A stretch of 64,000 nt of DNA from Leptospiraceae bacterium (GTDB taxonomy: Bacteria; Spirochaetota; Leptospiria; Leptospirales; Leptonemataceae), in contig JAVJNR010000007.1 in NCBI GenBank assembly GCA_040217195.1, positions 64,001-128,000 of the forward strand, read 5' to 3'. Under the pieces are notes generated by a model that saw only the letters and a list, made by a program, of their open reading frames with translations, searched no databases and had not been told where the DNA came from. Below, in pieces: positions 30,572-40,280 of this stretch; the first letter of the stretch is position 1, and each line of letters starts with the position of its first letter. Made by a program: the position numbers and the translations under genes.

Positions 30572-31024
30572 ATGAAAGAATTGGTACGCGGAACCTTTCA
30601 TCTCCGGGCCCTGATCGATTTCACCTGGGCTATGCCTCAGACTTTGCTGGGTCTGCTATATTCAATTGCTTCGCTTCTGGCCGGAGCTTCCGCTCATGGA
30701 ATCCCCGGTCATTGCTGTATTATTTCGAACAACCCATTAATGCCTTCTTACACCGGTGTATCCCTGGGACCCTTTCTTCTGGGTGGTCCGGGCTTTAATT
30801 CCTGGCCGCATGAGTACGGGCATACCTATCAAAGTCGCATCCTGGGACCTCTGTACCTGATCGTAATTGGAATTCCAAGTATACTCAGCGCATCTTTGCG
30901 GCCGGGCAAACATGGCCAGCTTTATACAGAGCGATGGGCCAATTCCATGTTACCGGAGGGGAGTCTGGCTCATCAAATGGAAAGCCTGGCCAGAAAAACT
31001 GGACAACCATCAAAAACGGTCTGA
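30572..31024 (+). CDS. Hypothetical membrane protein with HExxH motif
   Basis: WxxPQxxLG, GVSLG, HEYGHTYQS..LGPLYL, E.WAN. Confidence 0.7.
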   Translation: MKELVRGTFHLRALIDFTWAMPQTLLGLLYSIASLLAGASAHGIPGHCCIISNNPLMPSYTGVSLGPFLLGGPGFNSWPHEYGHTYQSRILGPLYLIVIGIPSILSASLRPGKHGQLYTERWANSMLPEGSLAHQMESLARKTGQPSKTV

Positions 31025-31183
31025 ACTACAGAAAGTCGCTTGCAGCCCGGAATTTTTTACCGGGCTGGTAAAGCCAGGGCAACAGCGTATCTAACGCCCC
31101 TGGTCGGATTTACAACTTCAGCGGCAGGCCATCCAGACAGTAGCTCAACCAGCTAGAGAGAGCATCAGCCGCAAAGAGCAAAT

Positions 31184-31591
31184 CTATTCGTAGATGATCT
31201 CGTAGGTGAGGTCCGCAGTCTTTTTTACCATTGCAGAAACTCCGCAATACTGTTCCTGGGAAAGCTTCACTGCTCGTTCAATCTTTTCTGGATCTGCACC
31301 CTTGCTGAATATGTACTTCATCTTGATGGTCTTGAATACCTTGGGATGTTCATCGGTCTGATCCGCTTCTACCTCGATTCGCATGGAATCCACGTCGATT
31401 CGCATCTTTCTTAGAATTCCAACGATATCCATGGCGGTGCAACCGGCCAGGCCTGATAGTACCGCCTCTTTAGGAGTCTGGGCACTATCATCCCCGCCGG
31501 ACGTCTCATAAGTATCCATTTCCATGGTATGGCCCCGGTCATTGGTGGCCTCCATTTTCATTTTTCCTTTGTAATCCAGGGTTACTTGCAT
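31184..31591 (-). CDS. OsmC/YhfA family protein
   Basis: P.E..L..LAGCTAMDI, HPKVF, LSQEQYCGVS. Confidence 0.9.
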   Translation of the reverse strand: MQVTLDYKGKMKMEATNDRGHTMEMDTYETSGGDDSAQTPKEAVLSGLAGCTAMDIVGILRKMRIDVDSMRIEVEADQTDEHPKVFKTIKMKYIFSKGADPEKIERAVKLSQEQYCGVSAMVKKTADLTYEIIYE

Positions 31592-31925
31592 GGCCCGAGA
31601 ATCTTTCCCGGCATTCTGCGGTCAACAGCCATCGAATGCGTCCTCAACCTCCAGCGGGCGGATTTCAGGCACGATTTGCGCTCAATCAGAATGCCAGAGC
31701 ATGCAACTGAATGTCCGATTAATACAATCCAGGCTAGCTTCCGATTCCCCAAGTAACGGATGTACCACTGATTTGTTTCCGGATCCGGCTTCTATGCGAA
31801 GTATTTCGTTTTTTTCCAGTATCGAAGCGAATGCCACTTAAACCGGTTGACATATAGAAAAATCAGGATTAAATCCTCCCACCCGATTGAAGGCTTTCGA
31901 GCTTTTGAAACCCTGGAGGAAAAGA

Positions 31926-32597
31926 ATGAACAAAGCAGGAATCGCATTAACGATTCTACTGGCTGGCCTGCTGGCAGCCTGTGGCCTAAAATCTGAAGGC
32001 ACAAAATTGACTCCCATTGTAGAAGGCGAAGACGCGGCCGTGGGAAAAGAATTCGCCTTAACTCTTGAACATAAGAATGTTTTTTACACATCCGGAGATC
32101 GAGTGTATCTCTGGGGCGAAGATGACGATGGAAATCGAATTAGCATCTATTTTACGCCGGAGCAAAAACCCAAAATCTATAACCTGGATCCAGGTAGCGA
32201 ATATATCTACAAATTCAAGGTGACCAAAGGTGGAAAGTACTCCGATGCAGATTTGATCGAAGTAGCTGATCTGGAAGGCAGCACCATAAGCGATACAATC
32301 GATGTTCCGGACACTTCAATGAGAGTTCCTTTTTTAGATGGCACAGATGGATTTGGAAAGGAATACACGGTAAAGGCAAAGTATAGAAGCAATACGGAAA
32401 AGGACGATGGAACTCGCATCGCCTATTTTAGCGATCCGGATGGATACCAGTTCTCTCTGGTAGGCTCCTATCCGGAAGAAATGCATGAGCAAATTGATGC
32501 ACTGGAAAGAAAAGAGTACCTGGTAAAGATAAAGCGGGCCAGCGAGTTGCGCGGTGGTCTGCAAGGTGAGATCCTGGAAGTAAAACCGGTAGAATAA
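31926..32597 (+). CDS. Hypothetical lipoprotein with two internal repeats
   Basis: GGAGG RBS, lipobox LAAC, own terminator. Confidence 0.8.
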   Translation: MNKAGIALTILLAGLLAACGLKSEGTKLTPIVEGEDAAVGKEFALTLEHKNVFYTSGDRVYLWGEDDDGNRISIYFTPEQKPKIYNLDPGSEYIYKFKVTKGGKYSDADLIEVADLEGSTISDTIDVPDTSMRVPFLDGTDGFGKEYTVKAKYRSNTEKDDGTRIAYFSDPDGYQFSLVGSYPEEMHEQIDALERKEYLVKIKRASELRGGLQGEILEVKPVE

Positions 32598-32612
32598 AGC
32601 ATCTGAACCGGA

Positions 32613-32641
32613 GCCGCCGGTTCGCCGGCGGCGTCTTTTTT
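32613..32641 (+). terminator. Intrinsic terminator
   Basis: GCCGCCGG-TTCG-CCGGCGGC followed by GTC and a T-tract. Confidence 0.85.
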
Positions 32642-32795
32642 CTGAGGGTAACTCTTGAATCCCCGGATTCAGAATACCGTAAGCCTCCCTGCGCCAGGCA
32701 TTCCCAAAACTTTTCTGCTCCTATCTATTGGTCATTGGTCCGGCGATTTTGCTTTCATACTATTGAACGGGTGAATCTAAAAGTGGCCCCTTTCT

Positions 32796-33566
32796 TCAAA
32801 CCTTTTCGTTCTTCCAGACCCAGTTTACAGAAGGCTCTTCTTCCAGTGCAGGGCGAGCCAGAAGATACCCCTGCAGTAGATCCACACCGGCATCTTGAAG
32901 AAATTTCGCTTCTTCCGCTTCTTCGATGCCTTCCGCCACAAGTAATAGATTAAGGTCGGCGGCCAGGGAAATTAAGTTCTTTAGGATCATTTGTTTGGGA
33001 TTGAAGTTATGAATTCCTGAAACCAGAGTACGATCCAGTTTCACGATGTCTGGCTGGAATTGAGTGAGAAGTCGCAGATCAGAGTACCCGGCCCCAAAAT
33101 CGTCCAGGGCCGTCTTAAATCCCTGGCTTCTATATTCTTTCAGGATCCCAAGTAGATGATCTGGATCGGATATTTGCTCCTGTTCGCTAAATTCAAAAAT
33201 TAGCCTTCGGGTATCAAAACCGAATCGAGCTGATGCCTCCAGGGTGGCCTGTATACATGTTTCGGGTTTATAGACTGCATTCGGAAGGAAGTTGATACTC
33301 AGATCTCCCTGGATGCCAATCCTGGAAGCTGTTTCAATGGCTTTAACCCGGGCCGTTTGATCGAACCGGTACATGTTCTCTGGGTTCACCTGATTCAGAA
33401 CAAAGGCGGCTCCTTCGCCATTCGGGCCACGACACAGAGCTTCCTGAGCATAGACTTTTTGCTGACCGATGCTGACGATGGGCTGAAAGGCCATCCGAAA
33501 TTCAAAAGGCAGATCAGCTCCGTCAAGGCAGGCCTGGCATTTTATGGGCTGAAAATTCTCTATCAT
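32796..33566 (-). CDS. Stand-alone EAL-domain c-di-GMP phosphodiesterase
   Basis: FQPIV, EALCR, SIN, DDFGAG, VKLD, AEGIE, QGY. Confidence 0.92.
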   Translation of the reverse strand: MIENFQPIKCQACLDGADLPFEFRMAFQPIVSIGQQKVYAQEALCRGPNGEGAAFVLNQVNPENMYRFDQTARVKAIETASRIGIQGDLSINFLPNAVYKPETCIQATLEASARFGFDTRRLIFEFSEQEQISDPDHLLGILKEYRSQGFKTALDDFGAGYSDLRLLTQFQPDIVKLDRTLVSGIHNFNPKQMILKNLISLAADLNLLLVAEGIEEAEEAKFLQDAGVDLLQGYLLARPALEEEPSVNWVWKNEKV

Positions 33567-33651
33567 TTTTGGTTTTCGAGTCTTTAGGAGCCTGGTGGCT
33601 CGCAGACAATAGAAGACAGGGTTGATGGCTCAGCTACATATTTTTTGAAGC

Positions 33652-33685
33652 CATTAACAATTCATTAACCATTACATGCTAATCT
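33652..33685 (+). promoter_or_regulatory. Tandem direct repeat (candidate OmpR-family box) plus extended -10
   Basis: CATTAAC-N4-CATTAAC (11-bp period, 33652-33669), then TGcTAATCT at 33677-33685, upstream of the Spy/CpxP-like gene. Confidence 0.55.
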
Positions 33686-33713
33686 TATCCTATCTCAATA
33701 CAAGGAGCCAAGG

Positions 33714-34169
33714 ATGAAGAGATTTTTCAAGAAAAGAAGGTTCATGGGTCTAATGGCCGGACTGCTTACCCTGGGACTGGTGGGAGCCTGCGGTCGACCA
33801 CACTGGCATGACAAAAAGGACCCGGCAGAAATGGCTGAGAAGATAGCCGACCGAGTGGCAGACAAACTGGATCTGAGTGAAAAGCAGGAATCGGAAACCA
33901 GGCAGCTTGCTCTGGAAATTCTGGAATCCGGCAAGGACCTCCGAAGCCATCGGCAACAGATGCTGGAGGAACTGGAAAAGCAATTCTCCAGCGAACAGTT
34001 CAATCCAGATTCGTTGAATCAAATGTCCGAAAAGTCCGAAGCGGAATTCAAGAAATTTCGTACAACCCTGGTACAGAACATGGGCCGTTTCCATGCACTT
34101 CTGACTCCAGAACAAAAGAAGGAAGCGACCGAACGGATTTCAGAAATCCGGGAGCGATTCCATCGTTAG
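33714..34169 (+). CDS. Spy/CpxP-family periplasmic (lipo)protein
   Basis: VGAC lipobox, LDLSEKQ and LLTPEQK (LTxxQ motifs), AAGGAG RBS. Confidence 0.8.
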   Translation: MKRFFKKRRFMGLMAGLLTLGLVGACGRPHWHDKKDPAEMAEKIADRVADKLDLSEKQESETRQLALEILESGKDLRSHRQQMLEELEKQFSSEQFNPDSLNQMSEKSEAEFKKFRTTLVQNMGRFHALLTPEQKKEATERISEIRERFHR

Positions 34170-34178
34170 GAAAAATGC

Positions 34179-34202
34179 TGTACCCGGCCTCGGCCGGGTA
34201 CA
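34179..34202. other. Perfect intergenic hairpin
   Basis: TGTACCCGGC-CTCG-GCCGGGTACA between the Spy-like gene and the regulator; no U-tract. Confidence 0.6.
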
Positions 34203-34215
34203 TACTTATTAAACA

Positions 34216-34926
34216 ATGAGCGGATCCAGGCGCAATGTCCTTCTGGTGGAGGATGATCGCAAAATCACAGAGCTGTTAACCGAGTATCTTTCCGGTTTTG
34301 ACTTCCAGGTAATTTCCACAGCATCTCCCAGTCAGGCAAGGAAGCATCTCGCCAGCGGAAAGATGCATATTATGATTCTGGATGTAATGCTTCCCCAGGA
34401 GGATGGATTTTCCCTTCTGAGAGATGTAAGACCCGGGCTAGATATTCCGGTGATCATGCTCACAGCCAGAGGAGACCTTACGGATCGAGTTGTGGGCCTG
34501 GAGCTGGGCGCTGATGACTACATGTCCAAACCGTTTGAGCCCAGGGAATTGATCGCACGAATGAGGGCCCTTTTGCGAAGAAGCGAAGCCAGAAGCAAGG
34601 ATCCCTCGGACACTTTAAAGTATCTGGCAGGTAGCCTGGAGCTAAACACACAGAGCCGCTCTGTAATTCTAGATGGAAAAGAGTTACCGTTTACGACCAT
34701 GGAGTTCGATATCCTGGAGTGTTTAATGGCTAACCGCGGCATTGTACTTTCCAGAGATCGACTGACCGAAATGATCCACGGCGAAGAGTTCGAGCCTTTT
34801 AATCGAACCATAGACATTCTAATAAGCAGGATTCGAAATAAGCTAAAAGATAGTCCGGATAAGCCAAAATACATTCGCACAGTTAGAGGAGCAGGATATC
34901 TGTTTCTGGTAAACAGAAAAGACTAG
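34216..34926 (+). CDS. OmpR/CpxR-family response regulator
   Basis: VEDD, LDVMLP, LTARG, GLELGADDY, KPF, winged-helix IRTVRGAGY. Confidence 0.95.
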   Translation: MSGSRRNVLLVEDDRKITELLTEYLSGFDFQVISTASPSQARKHLASGKMHIMILDVMLPQEDGFSLLRDVRPGLDIPVIMLTARGDLTDRVVGLELGADDYMSKPFEPRELIARMRALLRRSEARSKDPSDTLKYLAGSLELNTQSRSVILDGKELPFTTMEFDILECLMANRGIVLSRDRLTEMIHGEEFEPFNRTIDILISRIRNKLKDSPDKPKYIRTVRGAGYLFLVNRKD

Positions 34927-34933
34927 AGAAACT

Positions 34934-36340
34934 ATGAAACAGGAGTTGAACACGCTAACTGGACGCTGGATCCATTCCAGAAACAGGCATTCCATATTCC
35001 TTAAATTAATTGGAATATTTCTACTGGCCGGCCTGCTGCTGAATCTACTGGGGTTTGCATTCTTTCGTCTGGGCAAAGCATGGCAGGAAGAAAATCAACT
35101 GGAAAACACGGTGCTATATCTACTGGAATCTACCATTGTGCGAATGGGAGAACCTCCCACTGTGGACGAAGCTCAAAACTTACTGCGATCCCATGGGCTG
35201 GCACTGGCATTCTCCACCGATGAAAATGCGATACGACCCTCACCATCAAGCCCGGGTATGCGAGACCTGGACGGCCAGCCATCCGCCACGGTAGAAAAGG
35301 AATTCAACTTGCTTCCATTTGACATTGAGTTCGACGAGGATTTCTTTTCTGACTCGGGAAACGAGCTGGACATTCATCGAGGAAAATTGATGGCGCGTAT
35401 CCATCGAGCGGAAGGTACCTACTGGATTCAGTACTCTCTGGGTGAAATGGACCATGGTGCCTGGGGAATCTTAGGATTCTTGATCAGCCTCTCCACAGTA
35501 ATGCTCCTTACCTACTACCTGATGCGAAAAACACTGAAACCTTTAAAGCATCTAATGACTGGAGTGCAGGAAACATCCAGGGGAAACCTGGATTATCGCA
35601 TTGAAGTGCATCGAAAAGATGAGCTGGGCAAGCTGGCCTCTGTCTATAACGAAATGCAAGAAAAGATTCAGTCCATGCTGGAATCCAGACGTCAGCTCCT
35701 GCTGGATGTGAGCCATGAGATTCGTACACCGCTGACTCGTATGAAACTTTCTCTGGAATTCATTCCTTCATCGAACCGTACTGCAGCCCTGAAAGAAGAA
35801 ATTGAACTTCTGGATACAATGTTAACGGAAGTCCTGGAGAACGAACGACTGAGTAGTCTACATGGCGCTCTTCAAAAGGAAAATTTAAATCTGGCAAGTA
35901 CATTGAAAAAGAACATTCAAAGATTCCAGGCAGCCGGGTTTCCAATTCAACAGCAGCTTCCGGATCTACGGCTGAATCATGATCCTGCGCGCCTGGGCAT
36001 TGCTATCCAGAATCTGCTGGAAAATGCAATTCGACATACGGATCCAGAGGACCGAAAAATTTCCATTACTCTTATCCCGGAAGGTTCAGGGGCCCGAATT
36101 TTGGTGCAGGACAATGGAGGGGGAATTCCAGACTCAGAAAGAAATAGCATATTCGAACCATTTTACAGGCGACCATCCAGTTCCCGGGGGTTTGGCCTGG
36201 GCCTCAGTCTGGTGCATCGAATTATTGAATCCCATGAAGGGACCATCGAGCTGGATTCGAGCGGTTCAGCGGGCACCACATTCATCATCTGGCTCCCGGG
36301 CACTGATTCCAGGGGCCAAAAACCCGGCACTGAGAGTTAA
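34934..36340 (+). CDS. HAMP-domain sensor histidine kinase
   Basis: Two TMs, HAMP (DELGKLA), SHEIRTPL, NLLENA, DNGGG, GFGLGL. Confidence 0.95.
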   Translation: MKQELNTLTGRWIHSRNRHSIFLKLIGIFLLAGLLLNLLGFAFFRLGKAWQEENQLENTVLYLLESTIVRMGEPPTVDEAQNLLRSHGLALAFSTDENAIRPSPSSPGMRDLDGQPSATVEKEFNLLPFDIEFDEDFFSDSGNELDIHRGKLMARIHRAEGTYWIQYSLGEMDHGAWGILGFLISLSTVMLLTYYLMRKTLKPLKHLMTGVQETSRGNLDYRIEVHRKDELGKLASVYNEMQEKIQSMLESRRQLLLDVSHEIRTPLTRMKLSLEFIPSSNRTAALKEEIELLDTMLTEVLENERLSSLHGALQKENLNLASTLKKNIQRFQAAGFPIQQQLPDLRLNHDPARLGIAIQNLLENAIRHTDPEDRKISITLIPEGSGARILVQDNGGGIPDSERNSIFEPFYRRPSSSRGFGLGLSLVHRIIESHEGTIELDSSGSAGTTFIIWLPGTDSRGQKPGTES

Positions 36341-36369
36341 GGACGGAAATCTGAAATTTAAGGCCGCAA

Positions 36370-36393
36370 AGCCGGAGCCGGAGCCGGAGCCGG
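36370..36393. repeat. (AGCCGG)x4 microsatellite between convergent genes
   Basis: Read directly from the sequence. Confidence 0.8.
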
Positions 36394-36444
36394 CAGAAGC
36401 CTGAATGAGTTACAGGTACTGAAAAAGCCCCTGGATCAGCCTCC

Positions 36445-37326
36445 CTACTTATAGGTACGAAGAACCTCTTTGACTCCACTCACATAGCTGGCACCAAAAA
36501 TATTTACATGAACCAGTAGCGGATACAGCTGGAAGAAAGGTACCCTTTCTCCAGCGCCAGGAGGAAGGCCCAGCATTTCAAAGGTCTCTTTGCCCATATC
36601 AAAAGGAGCACCGAATAGTTGAAGCATGGCCAGATCCTGTTCCGGATGGGAACAGGCCACCGATGGATCGATAAAATAGGTCTGACCTTCGGAAGAAACA
36701 ATTACATTTCCAGACCATAGATCGCCATGTACCAGTCTGGGGCCCAGTTCATCCAGCTTCCAGGATTCGCTCAATTTGAAGACCAGGTTCTCCATGGTTT
36801 TTCGATCGGAAGTCTTTAAGAAGCCCTTTTGAATGGCAAGAACGGCCTGAGGTAGAATACGATCCTGCCACCAGAAATCGGCAAAGCTGTTATGCCAGGC
36901 ATTGGGCTGCTCCAGATTTCCTATGAAGTTACCTTCTTTCCAGCCGTAGGAAGTCTGTCTCTCTCCATAAAGAGCCCGGAGGTTCGCTTCAAAGGTTGCC
37001 TGACCGGCTCGCTTGGATCCTGTTTCCACAAAATCCATGATTAGAAAGCTTCGCCCTCTTGATTCAATCAATCCATGGGTTTTAGGAACAGCACAACCGG
37101 TTTGACCCAGAGCTCGAAGACCATCCGCTTCCAGTTCTCCCATCTTAGCAGAGTCCACCTGCTTAACAATGTAACTACGATAGGTTTTCTTATCTCGACG
37201 AATGTCCGCTCTAAAAAGCGTAAATAATCCCTGAGACTGATGACGAATCAGAATTTCATCTTTGGCATCCACCAGCTTCTTTTCCAGAAGCTCTTGCTTG
37301 ATTAATGTGTCTTCGGCCACAACCAT
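36445..37326 (-). CDS. Fructosamine kinase family protein
   Basis: EADGL, NFIG..Q.N, LVHGDLWSGN, IDP, QLYPLLVH..FG. Confidence 0.9.
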   Translation of the reverse strand: MVVAEDTLIKQELLEKKLVDAKDEILIRHQSQGLFTLFRADIRRDKKTYRSYIVKQVDSAKMGELEADGLRALGQTGCAVPKTHGLIESRGRSFLIMDFVETGSKRAGQATFEANLRALYGERQTSYGWKEGNFIGNLEQPNAWHNSFADFWWQDRILPQAVLAIQKGFLKTSDRKTMENLVFKLSESWKLDELGPRLVHGDLWSGNVIVSSEGQTYFIDPSVACSHPEQDLAMLQLFGAPFDMGKETFEMLGLPPGAGERVPFFQLYPLLVHVNIFGASYVSGVKEVLRTYK

Positions 37327-37404
37327 GTACTGTACGCGAAGATAATGCAGAAGGCCGCACTGACAACCGTTTTCGTTTGCTCAAGGTTGCTGCAGAATAG
37401 ATTC

Positions 37405-39288
37405 TCAGTCCGTAGCTGGCGGAGCCGGATGAAGCGGACGAACTTTGTCATGGTAGGCCTGAAAAACATCGTTAAAGCGCAGATATCCCAGGATGGTTCC
37501 AGTTTTGTCGATTATGGCGAACTTATCTACTTCAGAATGCATCAGAACCCTTAAAGCACGGGCCAAAGTATCATCCGGAGTTAGTGGCGGTACAGTATCC
37601 AGCACATCTTCGACGGTGATCAGGTTTCGAATAGCACCGGTATGCCTGGAATGATGGACTCTCTTCAAGGAACAGATGCCTCTGTATTTGCTTTCGCTAT
37701 CAATGACTACAAAGTCACTGGCCTGTATTTCATGGGCTCGGTCTTCAAGATCTGCAAGAAGCAAATGGTTTTCGCATACAGCTCTGGTTCTAAACTCTGA
37801 AAAAACATCCCTGATCTTCAACGAATCCAGAATATCCAGATTCATATCGTAGTAATGGGCCGGAGATTCGAAACGGTTCTTCATCTGACCCCGATACACG
37901 GACCACTTATGGGACAATACTGATGCTATGATAGAGACAATCATTAGAGGTGGCAACAATGCATAGCTTCCGATAATGTCGCATACGGTAATCATACCGG
38001 CCATGGGGGCTCCAGCCACTCCGCTAAAAAAACCAGCCATCCCCACCAGAATGAAAGAAGGTACAGATATATCCAGACCGGGAAACCAGTAGCTTGTGAG
38101 AGTTCCCACAGCCCCTCCAAGCATTCCTCCAATAAAAAGAGAAGGTGCGAATATGCCCCCGGATCCTCCGCTGGCCACGGTAAAGGACGTAGTAACGATT
38201 TTTAGCAATGCAATCAGTAGAAAGAAACCTGCGATGGCCAGCGGATCTGCTGCCAGGCCCTGAATATCATCTGGATTTCCCAGGCCACCGGATCCATCCG
38301 GATCCGCAGCCAAGAATGGATTCTTCCCAAGTATGATCTGCTGCATAAAACCCAGACCGGAGCCGTACACTTCGGGAAAGAAAACTCCGATGAGGCCAAC
38401 CATCATTCCACCCAGAGCAGGCTTCCAGACCGGATGAACTCGAATGGTGGAAAAAGTATCCCGGACATAGTTAAAGAATACAGTGAACAAATAACCGATT
38501 CCAGTGCAGGCAAGTCCAAGAATGAAATAGAATACCAGTTCATGGTAGTGCTGCAAAGAGACCTCGGGCACAGCAAAAATGGAGCTCTGGTCTCCGGCCG
38601 CCCGAGCCACAAGGTAGGCAGTGACGGAAGATAGAATACAGGGTATCAAGGAATCACTTTCAATGTCTTCTCTATAGACAACCTCCACCGCAGTCAGAGC
38701 GCCACCCAGGGGAGCTCGAAACACGGCCCCCAGCCCTCCAGCGATGCCTGCAAGCATCAGAGTCCTGCGAGCTCGGGCGCCTGCACCCACCACCCGGGCT
38801 ATGGCTGAACCTATACCACCACCAATCTGCATAATGGGGCCTTCCGGACCGGCACTACCGCCAGACGACACAGTGAAGATCGTAGCCAGAGATTTATATA
38901 GAGGAATTCTTGAGGAAACCTTGCCTTCTTTCCGGTGAAAGGCTTCAATCATTGTATCCGTGCCGCTACCGGCTGCATCTCTGGATACAAAGTGAACCAG
39001 AAGCCCGCAGAGTAATCCTCCGGCCACTGGAAGTAGCATCATCATCCATGGATTAAAGGCCACAACAGGAGTGCCGCCAATTGGATGCTCTCCTGCAGGA
39101 TAGGTACGATGAAGTCCTACAAGATAGTCGAAAGTAAAATGCTCGGCATAGGACAGAGCCAAATGGAAGAGTACAGCGCCGGCCCCGGTGGCAAGGCCGA
39201 TCAGAATAGAATACATGTATACTCTTCTGGGGTTGCGAATGCCCATCAGAGCCCGAAACTGATGAAGCCATGGATTTGAATCGGGCAT
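37405..39288 (-). CDS. ClC chloride channel/antiporter with C-terminal CBS domains
   Basis: GSGTD, GSAGPEGP, FRAPLGG, GGIFAP, CBS pair. Confidence 0.92.
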   Translation of the reverse strand: MPDSNPWLHQFRALMGIRNPRRVYMYSILIGLATGAGAVLFHLALSYAEHFTFDYLVGLHRTYPAGEHPIGGTPVVAFNPWMMMLLPVAGGLLCGLLVHFVSRDAAGSGTDTMIEAFHRKEGKVSSRIPLYKSLATIFTVSSGGSAGPEGPIMQIGGGIGSAIARVVGAGARARRTLMLAGIAGGLGAVFRAPLGGALTAVEVVYREDIESDSLIPCILSSVTAYLVARAAGDQSSIFAVPEVSLQHYHELVFYFILGLACTGIGYLFTVFFNYVRDTFSTIRVHPVWKPALGGMMVGLIGVFFPEVYGSGLGFMQQIILGKNPFLAADPDGSGGLGNPDDIQGLAADPLAIAGFFLLIALLKIVTTSFTVASGGSGGIFAPSLFIGGMLGGAVGTLTSYWFPGLDISVPSFILVGMAGFFSGVAGAPMAGMITVCDIIGSYALLPPLMIVSIIASVLSHKWSVYRGQMKNRFESPAHYYDMNLDILDSLKIRDVFSEFRTRAVCENHLLLADLEDRAHEIQASDFVVIDSESKYRGICSLKRVHHSRHTGAIRNLITVEDVLDTVPPLTPDDTLARALRVLMHSEVDKFAIIDKTGTILGYLRFNDVFQAYHDKVRPLHPAPPATD

Positions 39289-39328
39289 AATTACAGGTCT
39301 TTTTCAGGGCTTCCGAGTATCAATTGTT

Positions 39329-40264
39329 TTGGAAATAGAAACGAAATTTAACAACCGCATCCAGGGCCTGGCAAACCGCATCCATGAAGGATTCAATGAA
39401 CTCTCTATTGAAGAGGCCCGCAAAGAGCTTCTATTGTGGATTTCCTGGACCCAGGGAATTAATGCACTGAAACTAAGACTGAGTCCTCCGAATCTAGATG
39501 AGACAACCTGGCAGGAAGTTGAGATATTTGCAGAGAAACGCAGCCAGGGAATTCCATTCGCCTACATCATGGGTAAAACGGAGTTCTATGGATTGGAACT
39601 GACCATCGGCCCTGGAGTGTTGATTCCCAGACCGGAGACCGAAGAACTGGTAGAGATAGCCCTTGAGTGGCTGGAGAAACACATTCAGAGTGGAATGCCG
39701 GAAATCAGAATACTGGATCTTTGCACAGGTAGCGGATGTATTGCCGTTGCCATCGGGCATACCCTGCAGGAGCGGATTCGAAACCAGAAACTTCCATCAG
39801 TGAAGCTTACTATTTCCCTTTCCGATTCTTCCAGCCAGGCACTGAATTACGCCAGAGCCAATGCAAATCGCTATGGCTCTTCTGAACTGGAATTCCGAAT
39901 GTTTCAGGGAGATATGATGAATCCGTTTAAGGAGCAGGATGCCTCTGCTTTTGATCTGATCGTCTGTAATCCGCCCTATGTTCATCCAGATGAGACGTCT
40001 GCCCTTTCTGCAGAAACGTATATGCATGAACCCGCAGAGGCCTTATTTCATCCCGATCCACCGGCACTTTATTTACAAATACTTAAGCAATGCATGGAAT
40101 TCTTGAATGCAGATGGATTGATCATTCTGGAACTTTCTCCTTTCATCTCGGAAGCGGTCCTCTCAATGTGCGAGCAAGAGTTTCCTGAATGTTACTATAG
40201 AATTGAGTCCGATCTTTCAGGCAAGGATCGCTTTCTGATTTTTGCTTGTAAGCCCCGTCGATAA
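39329..40264 (+). CDS. prmC: Release factor glutamine methyltransferase
   Basis: P.AYI.G, VLIPRPETEELVE, LDLCTGSGCI, NPPY, DLSGKDR. Start uncertain. Confidence 0.92.
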   Translation: MEIETKFNNRIQGLANRIHEGFNELSIEEARKELLLWISWTQGINALKLRLSPPNLDETTWQEVEIFAEKRSQGIPFAYIMGKTEFYGLELTIGPGVLIPRPETEELVEIALEWLEKHIQSGMPEIRILDLCTGSGCIAVAIGHTLQERIRNQKLPSVKLTISLSDSSSQALNYARANANRYGSSELEFRMFQGDMMNPFKEQDASAFDLIVCNPPYVHPDETSALSAETYMHEPAEALFHPDPPALYLQILKQCMEFLNADGLIILELSPFISEAVLSMCEQEFPECYYRIESDLSGKDRFLIFACKPRR

Positions 40265-40280
40265 GCGAAACAACAAGCCA

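Noticed and set aside
31847..31875. Sigma70 promoter with perfect TTGACA
   Set aside because: No convincing TAnnnT at 16-18 bp spacing.
36370..36393. (AGCCGG)4 as a phase-variation locus or PEPEPE coding ORF
   Set aside because: It lies between convergent stop codons, and the ORF through it is a shadow frame of the kinase gene.
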